A stretch of 38,013 nucleotides of DNA from the IMG/VR virus record IMGVR_UViG_3300015202_000002, positions 1 to 38,013 of that record. One strand, 5' to 3'. The position numbers were made by a program, and so were the translations under genes. The notes beneath the pieces were generated by a model. That model had not been told where the DNA came from, did no database searches, and was given only the letters and a program-made list of their open reading frames with translations. This document shows positions 24,181 through 31,156 of the stretch, piece after piece; positions within the stretch are counted from its first letter, which is position 1, and each line of letters opens with the position of its first letter. The stretch comes from a virus.

Positions 24181-25068
24181 TTATGCTTTCTCCAACTGTA
24201 ATAAAAATATTCGTGCTTGCGCATCGGTTAATTGGTCTAATTCCGTGACTTTATGATAAGCCAAAGCTTTCTTGATTCGTTCTTGACTGAACTCTTTCTC
24301 AGTCATCAAAGATGATATTTTATCCATCTGTTCTTGACTGATTTCTACATCATCACGACCTGTATTATGAACTTGTTTCTCTTGTTCAATGACTTCACCT
24401 GTTTGAACATCAATCACATTTTCATTCAAAATGTTCTTAAGCTTCTCTGTTTGGGTATTGCCATGAATAACACGAAGATTTTGATTATCTATTTGGCTAT
24501 TAGCCATTTCTTCCTCACCATAGGTTCCACCAAGTAAATCTTGGAAGCACGCACGAAGACATTGACTTTCAGCGACTTTCTTAATCATTGTTGCTGGCTT
24601 TCCTGTAGAACTATTCCATAGACTTTTACCAGTGGAGTATTCTTTCAGTTCTGCAAATACATAAATAGGTCTTGATGATTTATGCCGTTTGGCGATACAG
24701 TACGCACCAACTAAAGCCCCACGATTAACCAGCTTATAGGAATGTTTTACTTCTCCATTATGAACTTCAAACAAATCATTCTCATACACTGCGTCACATT
24801 GATGATAATCATATTCACTATGCGCCTGTGCTGCCTTTCTGTAGCCATCTCGGCCTATGAAGACTTGCGCTGGCGCACTGTCTTGGTATTTAACACACCA
24901 TATTTCACGAGTAAAGGGGTTAAGGTTAGTAGCTTTTCCCAACCCTACGAAAAATTGAAATTCCATTTCCGTCAATTTAGGTGCGAATAATTTTCGAATT
25001 TCATTTAATTTAGCTGAGTCTTCCCACATGGTCATATTCGTATTTAATTGTGCTAATGCTGTGCTCAT
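24181..25068 (-). CDS. recT: RecT/Red-beta-family single-strand annealing protein
   Basis: 295 aa. LNPFTREIW...IGRDGYRKAA pattern. Sits between the exonuclease and SSB genes. Confidence 0.85.
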   Translation of the reverse strand: MSTALAQLNTNMTMWEDSAKLNEIRKLFAPKLTEMEFQFFVGLGKATNLNPFTREIWCVKYQDSAPAQVFIGRDGYRKAAQAHSEYDYHQCDAVYENDLFEVHNGEVKHSYKLVNRGALVGAYCIAKRHKSSRPIYVFAELKEYSTGKSLWNSSTGKPATMIKKVAESQCLRACFQDLLGGTYGEEEMANSQIDNQNLRVIHGNTQTEKLKNILNENVIDVQTGEVIEQEKQVHNTGRDDVEISQEQMDKISSLMTEKEFSQERIKKALAYHKVTELDQLTDAQARIFLLQLEKA

Positions 25069-25235
25069 GATTCACCTCTTGCGAATTTAATGCCTTGTAT
25101 AAATGCGTTTGCTGCTATGGTTGCTTCTTTTTCAGTAGCGAACTCTCCAAGACCAACAAGAAAATCACTGTTGGCACGAATATCAGCTAACCATAAATCC
25201 TGAACTTCCCATACATTGAAATGATAATTAATCAT
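25065..25235 (-). CDS. Hypothetical protein (56 aa, below cutoff) between exo and recT
   Basis: MINYHFNVWEVQDLWLADIRANSDFLVGLGEFATEKEATIAANAFIQGIKFARGES. ATGA overlaps at both ends. Confidence 0.6.
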   Translation of the reverse strand: MINYHFNVWEVQDLWLADIRANSDFLVGLGEFATEKEATIAANAFIQGIKFARGES

Positions 25236-26074
25236 TGTGACATTCCTTTCATTAAGAAGGTGCGTGTTCCTCTTTTGTTAGCCTTCCATGAAACGATTGG
25301 TCGTCCTGTTTGGTCTGTAAGACATTCTGCATCTTTCATAAATTGCATGATGTTAAATTTGTACTTTTCTTCAACCTCACTCAAGGCCTTTATTTTAAAG
25401 CGTGTATCGACCAAAGTTGTTAATTGTTCTGCTACCTCTGGTTCAATTGTTATGGTCTTTTCTGGATCATGTTTTGGGTACATGAGCTTCAAATCAATTT
25501 GATTAATTGGTTCAGGAGGTGTGCGAGTTTGTACACATTCCCAGAACTTTTTAGCAGCATCAATTACTTTTGATTCAAGGTCTAAATCACGAGTATATTT
25601 ATACTCACGGTAATCATTGCCACCGATGAGAACGGCGATGTAGGCGCAATCTGCGTTCATTACAGCGCAATAGTGAGCGACTTGAACGAGGTAAGGCATA
25701 GGTATGATATCCGACCCATCTTCACCCCATTGGGAAGACATGAACTGAGCGGAACATTTAACTTCAAGCACGGCATTCCATTCAGGTATAAAACCATCAA
25801 CATTCCCCCGCAAGAAATCGTGGAAAGGATGAGTAATACTATCAGGACATTCGACTTTAACGTTGTTGCGTTTAGAAAATTCTTCACGTATAACGCCTTC
25901 TAATTGATGACCCCAATATTGAAACGGTGTCATTTCGTCATCAGTTTCGGCTTCACCAATCTTTTCAAGATATAATTGATATGGGGTTTTATAGGTTGAC
26001 AGACCCAGGATGATTGGCATATCACTACCACCAATACCTAATTTACGTTCTTCACGTTGTGCTTCTGTAATCAT
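25232..26074 (-). CDS. YqaJ-type (lambda Exo-like) recombination exonuclease
   Basis: IGGSDMPIILGLSTYKTPYQLY...NVDGF...LEVKC...YLVQVAHY fits the PD-(D/E)xK YqaJ domain. Confidence 0.88.
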   Translation of the reverse strand: MITEAQREERKLGIGGSDMPIILGLSTYKTPYQLYLEKIGEAETDDEMTPFQYWGHQLEGVIREEFSKRNNVKVECPDSITHPFHDFLRGNVDGFIPEWNAVLEVKCSAQFMSSQWGEDGSDIIPMPYLVQVAHYCAVMNADCAYIAVLIGGNDYREYKYTRDLDLESKVIDAAKKFWECVQTRTPPEPINQIDLKLMYPKHDPEKTITIEPEVAEQLTTLVDTRFKIKALSEVEEKYKFNIMQFMKDAECLTDQTGRPIVSWKANKRGTRTFLMKGMSQ

Positions 26075-26089
26075 AATAGTTGCTCTCTC

Positions 26090-26115
26090 TGGTTAAAGTT
26101 ATTATCTATGGTTAA
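26090..26115 (-). promoter_or_regulatory. Leader direct repeats TGGTTAA x2 (plus-strand reading) in the 5' UTR of the exo operon
   Basis: TGGTTAA at 26090-26096 and 26109-26115. The same pair occurs at 34002-34008 and 34024-34030. Confidence 0.5.
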
Positions 26116-26167
26116 ATAAACAAGTCCGTTGTTCATGTTACCTTCCTTAGTTGCCTAATCACTGGCA

Positions 26168-26203
26168 TTGACACATCATGACAAATAGAATATCATTTGT
26201 CAA
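26168..26203. promoter_or_regulatory. Overlapping divergent promoters sharing a 24-bp palindromic operator
   Basis: Rightward: TTGACA 26168-73, N17, TATCAT 26191-96. Leftward (minus strand): TTGACA 26203-26198, N17, CATGAT 26180-26175. Palindrome TGACAAAT-N8-ATTTGTCA at 26179-26202. Confidence 0.7.
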
Positions 26204-26232
26204 TACCAATTACATTATGTTAGAGGTTATTT

Positions 26233-26412
26233 ATGAAGTTCTGCGAAGTCATGATCTATTATGATTATAACATGAGTGCTATCGCTAGAGCTTTGGAGAC
26301 AAGTAGACAGTACGTAGCCTTATGGCACAAAAACGACAAGATACCTTATCCAAAGCAATGCGAGCTTGAGGTATTAACGAAAGGTGAGTTGAAAGCTAAC
26401 AAAGGGGATTAA
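26233..26412 (+). CDS. Cro/YdaS-like HTH regulator (59 aa, below cutoff)
   Basis: MKFCEVMIYYDYNMSAIARALETSRQYVALWHKNDKIPYPKQCELEVLTKGELKANKGD. First gene downstream of the rightward promoter. Confidence 0.7.
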   Translation: MKFCEVMIYYDYNMSAIARALETSRQYVALWHKNDKIPYPKQCELEVLTKGELKANKGD

Positions 26413-26414
26413 TT

Positions 26415-26621
26415 ATGAGTAGTGCTGCGAAGTACACACAAGAACAATTGGATATTGCGATTTTAAAGAACACCAACGAAGGGATTTTGAGAACTCTATC
26501 TCGCATAGAATCAGAGATTAAAAGTCATTTTCATTGGACTATGGGTCTTATATTTGGACTATATACCATCGGAATAGGTGGATTAATAAGTGCTGTTGGT
26601 AAAGCTTATGGGGTGTTTTAA
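26415..26621 (+). CDS. Small tail-anchored membrane protein (XhlA-like architecture)
   Basis: 68 aa: helical N-terminus, then HW-TMGLIFGLYTIGIGGLISAV transmembrane segment. Same layout as 11172-11366. Confidence 0.65.
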   Translation: MSSAAKYTQEQLDIAILKNTNEGILRTLSRIESEIKSHFHWTMGLIFGLYTIGIGGLISAVGKAYGVF

Positions 26622-26707
26622 TGACAGGCGATTTCACAGCAGCAGTATTGTTTATATGCGTGGCAGCCGTAGTAATCACATACATAATTTGCAATAGGGA
26701 TAGATAA
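26621..26707 (+). CDS. Tiny hydrophobic peptide (28 aa, below cutoff)
   Basis: MTGDFTAAVLFICVAAVVITYIICNRDR. TAATG overlap with the previous gene. Confidence 0.45.
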   Translation: MTGDFTAAVLFICVAAVVITYIICNRDR

Positions 26708-26708
26708 C

Positions 26709-27251
26709 ATGAGCTGTATTACAGAAATATTGAAGCTAAAGGGTGACAAGGAAGTTTTAGTACCGGATGGCAAGTGGATTGCTGTAGAAGGCGGTGGAAC
26801 TTACAAAGACCATGAATACCTTATTGTCTTAAACACTAATGGTCATCGTTGCGGTTATATAGCCATACCTTCCGATCACCCATACAGTCAAACGCCCGAA
26901 GAGACACGAGAATTATGCGGTAGACCCTATCAGCATTACGACTATGACAGTCTGAATATTGACGTACATGGCGGCCTTACCTTTATGTCACCTGACCACG
27001 GGTTAAAGGATTTGCTACCCATCCCGTGTACTGATATGTGGATAGGGTTTGATTGCGGCCATTACTTAGATAAATGCGATGTGAAAATGTTTAGAAAATA
27101 TTTTGGTGAAGAAGAGGTAGAGAAAAAACAATCATTTTTTAATGCCATAAACCATGACGACATTGAAACAGGGCAAACCGTAAAAGATTTTAATTATGTT
27201 GAACAGCAGTGCCATAACGTAATCGACCAGCTCATACAGGTGGCCGCATGA
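26709..27251 (+). CDS. Conserved-looking phage protein with His/Asp/Cys motifs (180 aa)
   Basis: CGYIAIPSDHPY ... DVHGGLTF ... WIGFDCGHYLD. Confidence 0.7.
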   Translation: MSCITEILKLKGDKEVLVPDGKWIAVEGGGTYKDHEYLIVLNTNGHRCGYIAIPSDHPYSQTPEETRELCGRPYQHYDYDSLNIDVHGGLTFMSPDHGLKDLLPIPCTDMWIGFDCGHYLDKCDVKMFRKYFGEEEVEKKQSFFNAINHDDIETGQTVKDFNYVEQQCHNVIDQLIQVAA

Positions 27252-27433
27252 CATTATTTCAATGTTTGCCCTCCATATTATTAGCCATAAATTGTATATG
27301 GATGTCAGTTTGGATCAGTAAATTAAGTTCTCGTATAAATAATTTAGAACATACATTGCAAATGAGGGAATGGTTAGAGGGCATTAATAATGGTGAATCA
27401 CCATCTGATATGGATTATTTATTTAAAAAATAA
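27248..27433 (+). CDS. Small N-terminally membrane-anchored protein (61 aa)
   Basis: Track ORF, ATGA coupling, hydrophobic residues 5-25. Confidence 0.6.
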   Translation: MTLFQCLPSILLAINCIWMSVWISKLSSRINNLEHTLQMREWLEGINNGESPSDMDYLFKK

Positions 27434-27445
27434 TGGAGAACGAGA

Positions 27446-28291
27446 ATGAAAGGGAATTTGAAGAAAAAAATAGTATTAAGCGCATTGGCTTTAGGATTAT
27501 CTGGCTTGACCTTTGGATATTATAGTCCATCAATTCGTCATGGCGCATACGCAGCTTTTGCAATGGCAGCTCCATTACCTATCGTTGATATTGAACGCAT
27601 GAAAGTACTTGCTATTGAAGACTTGTCAGTAAACAACAACGAAGAATGGTTTGATAGGTCATTTTTAGATGAAATACCGATAAAAACTGATGATGAATTA
27701 TACAATGCCGTCATGTATCAATTCTCTATTTATGGTGATGATGTGCGTAGAGCATGGAACATTAACGACCATGATTTATTGGTGACGTTGTACATTATGA
27801 ATGTGACAGCGCATATGTGGGGTTATGGTAATCCTCACAAAATTAAGGAGACAGGTTGTGTTTTTAAGAACGAAGACCATCCTGGAGGAATATTTAATCC
27901 AGAAGAACCCATCAGTAAGCATATCCCTCAAATGGTAGCTGCAAGGATAGGTTGTTGTGTTGATCATGCCAACATGATGAATATGTTATTGACTAAAGCA
28001 GGAATTAAAAATCGCTTCATGTTGAACCCAGGACATGTTTTTAATGAAGCCTTCATCGGTGGTAAATGGCAAGCATTTGATGCGACTACTAATATGTGGT
28101 GGCATGATAGTTGGGAAAATATTCAAAACGCCCCATTAACATCTCCGATATTTGTAACGTTCTTTCCTCATGTAGGAACTGTTTATACTCATGCTTACTA
28201 TAGACCATTCATTGGAGTATTTAGAAATTACATGTTGCTTGAAGCGGTTTATAAGATGGCAAAGGATATTAAACATCCAGAAAGGATATAG
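27446..28291 (+). CDS. Secreted/periplasmic transglutaminase-like cysteine peptidase-fold protein
   Basis: N-terminal signal-like MKGNLKKKIVLSALALGLSGLTFG...AFA. Core GCCVDHANMMNMLLTKAGIKNRF...GHVFNEAF..GKWQAFDAT gives Cys-His-Asp spacing typical of the transglutaminase core. Confidence 0.65.
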   Translation: MKGNLKKKIVLSALALGLSGLTFGYYSPSIRHGAYAAFAMAAPLPIVDIERMKVLAIEDLSVNNNEEWFDRSFLDEIPIKTDDELYNAVMYQFSIYGDDVRRAWNINDHDLLVTLYIMNVTAHMWGYGNPHKIKETGCVFKNEDHPGGIFNPEEPISKHIPQMVAARIGCCVDHANMMNMLLTKAGIKNRFMLNPGHVFNEAFIGGKWQAFDATTNMWWHDSWENIQNAPLTSPIFVTFFPHVGTVYTHAYYRPFIGVFRNYMLLEAVYKMAKDIKHPERI

Positions 28292-28294
28292 AGC

Positions 28295-28531
28295 ATGAGT
28301 AATGATAATGTGAATCATCCAGTACATTATAGTTCGAGCAATGTACGCTGTGATTGTGGACGACAAATTGAGTGTATTGATGTAACGCGTCATAAAAATT
28401 TTAATATTGGAAATTCGATTAAATATCTTTGGAGATATGAGCTTAAGAATGGGATCGAAGACTTGAAAAAAGCACAATGGTATATCAATGATGAAATTCA
28501 AAGAATGGAGTTAGAGCGTGAGCGTAGCTAA
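28295..28531 (+). CDS. DUF3310-family protein
   Basis: HPVHY...IECIDV...GNSIKYLWRY..KNG.EDLKKAQWYI matches the DUF3310 pattern. Confidence 0.75.
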   Translation: MSNDNVNHPVHYSSSNVRCDCGRQIECIDVTRHKNFNIGNSIKYLWRYELKNGIEDLKKAQWYINDEIQRMELERERS

Positions 28532-28796
28532 ATATTTAAAATTGGATATGGAAAAGTACATTTATGTGGGTTGCATTCCTGTTTATGCGTGCTCAGAACA
28601 CCCAGAAGACCAATCGCCTTGTGTTAAAATAGATTGCCGGCATTGTAAACGTCCTATGTGGTTCAGCGAGAAAAAAAGAAAAATTAGAGATTCTTGTCCA
28701 AAAAAGGTAAAAGTATATTGTCTCGAATGTTTAGCAATTGGAGCTTTCAGTCAAGGATATGAACCGGAATTATTTGATATAAGTGGGATTAAATGA
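28518..28796 (+). CDS. Cys-rich (zinc-ribbon-like) small protein
   Basis: GTG start after GGAG. CxxHxxxxxxC, CRHC and CLEC pairs. Confidence 0.55.
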   Translation: MSVAKYLKLDMEKYIYVGCIPVYACSEHPEDQSPCVKIDCRHCKRPMWFSEKKRKIRDSCPKKVKVYCLECLAIGAFSQGYEPELFDISGIK

Positions 28797-28981
28797 ACAA
28801 ATTAACATTAACGGAACGATTAACGAAGCAGAGTATATTTTTAGGCATTGTGTTTACAAAAGTAGATTTTTTAGAAAAGAAATGTCTTACTGAATATCCT
28901 GATTTATACCCAGAGATTTTTAAACTCTATGGTTTCATGAAAGATAATATTGATGATCTCTATTATGGGAAAGAAAAATGA
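28793..28981 (+). CDS. Hypothetical protein (62 aa)
   Basis: Track ORF, ATGA coupling at both ends. Confidence 0.6.
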   Translation: MNKLTLTERLTKQSIFLGIVFTKVDFLEKKCLTEYPDLYPEIFKLYGFMKDNIDDLYYGKEK

Positions 28982-29268
28982 GCAAATATTTATGTTTTTG
29001 CGGAAGAACTTTTGGTCGTAAAAAACACGCTGATAAACATGTTGAATTATTTAAAGATAATGAAATAGATAGTGCTTATCATGTTATAGGCAAAAAGTTA
29101 TGGCGTGCTCGATTACTTGATATATATTTTGATTATCCTTGGAGTAGATTGTTTCGATTTGTAGGCGGTTTTATGGTTCTCATGGTGATAGAGCATCATT
29201 TTCAAATAACCTTTAGTATATGGGAATCAACATTTTTGGGCTTAGGCTTAGGATTATATATTGACTAG
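28978..29268 (+). CDS. Membrane protein with N-terminal C2H2-like motif (96 aa)
   Basis: CFCGRTFGRKKHADKH, followed by two hydrophobic segments. Confidence 0.6.
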   Translation: MSKYLCFCGRTFGRKKHADKHVELFKDNEIDSAYHVIGKKLWRARLLDIYFDYPWSRLFRFVGGFMVLMVIEHHFQITFSIWESTFLGLGLGLYID

Positions 29269-29278
29269 CGGAATTTAT

Positions 29279-29476
29279 ATGGAATGGCTCACGGATGAGC
29301 GGCATACATGGCGCACTGAAATTGAACAAGGTTTATGGTATGAGCCACATGTGTTACAACAGTACAGAGCGAACAGAGAATCAAATCTCTGGCGTTCCAC
29401 TAGAGAGGTGGAAAAATTGTGCGAATATGTTTTGTACTTGGAAGAAAAACTATCTAAACAAACGGAAACTAAATAA
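29279..29476 (+). CDS. Hypothetical protein (65 aa)
   Basis: ATG 29279 inside track ORF 29261-29476. Confidence 0.55.
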   Translation: MEWLTDERHTWRTEIEQGLWYEPHVLQQYRANRESNLWRSTREVEKLCEYVLYLEEKLSKQTETK

Positions 29477-29488
29477 AAGGAATTTATT

Positions 29489-29824
29489 TTGGACTATAAA
29501 ACATCACATTTCGTTTTAGGCGAAACTGAACCGGACACACAACCTCAGAAAGCATTATCAGACATTGTATTCATGGTTAAAGAACGAATTGCTGATGCTC
29601 TTCACAATGACACTATAGGCCTAACAGACATTCATCCACGGATTCTCATATCAATGGTAGTAACCAATATCCTTGTTAATCTTCTCTTCAATTCTATTGC
29701 TGTATCAGAAGTCGGCAGGCGTTTGGATATGGTTAATGACAGTCTGGAAGAAATCCGAGAGATGACGCTTAATCTATGGAAAGCTATGGAAGCCAGTAGA
29801 GCCGATACTAAAACAGCACATTAA
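29489..29824 (+). CDS. Hypothetical protein (111 aa)
   Basis: TTG start 7 nt after AAAGGA. An internal ATG is the alternative start. Confidence 0.55.
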   Translation: MDYKTSHFVLGETEPDTQPQKALSDIVFMVKERIADALHNDTIGLTDIHPRILISMVVTNILVNLLFNSIAVSEVGRRLDMVNDSLEEIREMTLNLWKAMEASRADTKTAH

Positions 29825-29837
29825 CTTAGAGGTAATT

Positions 29838-30065
29838 ATGACGCATCATATTGTCGAGCCATTTGGTACGCTTACACTGCCATCAACCAACATAAAAGAC
29901 TTGGTGAGGATAAAATTAAATACCGAAAGTTTGACTACTTTATTACGATCAAATATTTCTTGTCATATGAATAAAACTCTGAATCAGGAGCTTATGGAGC
30001 AACTTACTGCCCAAATAATTGAATCTATTGATTATTTTATAAACAAAGGTGATGAGAGTTTGTAA
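29838..30065 (+). CDS. Hypothetical protein (75 aa)
   Basis: Track ORF with GAGG SD. Confidence 0.6.
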   Translation: MTHHIVEPFGTLTLPSTNIKDLVRIKLNTESLTTLLRSNISCHMNKTLNQELMEQLTAQIIESIDYFINKGDESL

Positions 30066-30280
30066 ATCCAATTCCAATTTGAAGTAAATTAAGATAGGAT
30101 ATTTAGGAAGTTTGAAAGGCTTCCTGCCTTTACAACTTTTACAACAAAGGTTTGAATCACTCCGCCAAGATTGCATTCAAAACTATACTAATAACCAAAC
30201 AACGCCAAGGGCTTTGGCTTACCTTGGTCACTCAGGTTTTTTTACGTCCATAAAAATCTGAACAACGCAGGGATTATAAC

Positions 30281-31147
30281 ATGATAAATCATTTCAATTC
30301 AAACATTGCTGTAGCGTATGGTGTTAACGCATCGATTTTCATTCAAGCTCTTTCTCAATGGACATTTAATAATCTAGCTAATAAACGACATCTTCATGAC
30401 GGTTATTGTTGGTCATATAATACACTCGAAGCTTATGAGACTATTTTCCCATGGTGGAGTAAACGGCAGCTTGAAACACTCATTAATGGCCTTGTCAAAG
30501 AGGGATTAATCGTAAAAGGCAACTATAATAAACATAGGTACGATCGGACGTGCTGGTACGCATTATCGTATATGGCAATGGAATTTTACCCAGAATTAAT
30601 AACGCAAGATAACCTAAAAGCCTTACTGGGAACCATTTCCCCGAAATGGGAAATGGAAACCCCAGATTTCTGTGGCAACACAATTATGGAAAACCATTTC
30701 ACCAAAATGAGAAATGGTATTCACCAAAATGTGACACCTATACCAACTATAAACACAACTAAAGATAATATATCTAAAGATATATTAGAAAATGATAAAG
30801 AAGGTGCCCCTTTGTCCAAACAGACAATACCCTCAAAATCCAGCAAAATACGCAGTACCGATTCTTTTGACCTTTCAAAACTAATGGCTGATAACCCACA
30901 TGATATTAGTGAACAAATGCTATTGGATTGGCTGGAAGTGAGAAAAACTAAGAAAAATAAAGTTACTAAAACAGCTTGGACACGAATAAACCGCACATTA
31001 ATCCTCATAGAAAAAGAAGTGGGTGTTAGCCCGAAGGTAGCATTTGAAACTATGGTCGCTAATGCGTGGCAATCACTTGAAGTAAGTTATTTTTTAAAGA
31101 AAGACAACCATGTTGTAAAAGGTAGCGACTTTCCATCGTATGAATAA
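30281..31147 (+). CDS. Replication initiation / helicase-loading protein (winged-HTH N-terminus, DnaT-like C-terminus)
   Basis: The N-terminal pattern ...YNTLEAYETIFPWWSKRQLETLINGLVKEGLI..GNYNKHRYDRTCWY is typical of phage replication initiators. Directly precedes the primase-helicase gene. Confidence 0.65.
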   Translation: MINHFNSNIAVAYGVNASIFIQALSQWTFNNLANKRHLHDGYCWSYNTLEAYETIFPWWSKRQLETLINGLVKEGLIVKGNYNKHRYDRTCWYALSYMAMEFYPELITQDNLKALLGTISPKWEMETPDFCGNTIMENHFTKMRNGIHQNVTPIPTINTTKDNISKDILENDKEGAPLSKQTIPSKSSKIRSTDSFDLSKLMADNPHDISEQMLLDWLEVRKTKKNKVTKTAWTRINRTLILIEKEVGVSPKVAFETMVANAWQSLEVSYFLKKDNHVVKGSDFPSYE

Positions 31148-31156
31148 GGGGAAATA

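Noticed and set aside
8365-25903. Other nested or antisense track ORFs (8365-8604-, 10249-10458-, 12196-12441+, 12930-13160-, 13491-13694-, 13675-13938+, 14455-14700+, 14739-14936-, 15238-16216- set, 19979-20188-, 22706-22927-, 23892-24256 set, 24334-24990+, 25221-25502+, 25660-25903)
   Set aside because: Each lies within a longer ORF that has recognisable motifs or fits the operon coupling pattern. None has an SD or independent support.
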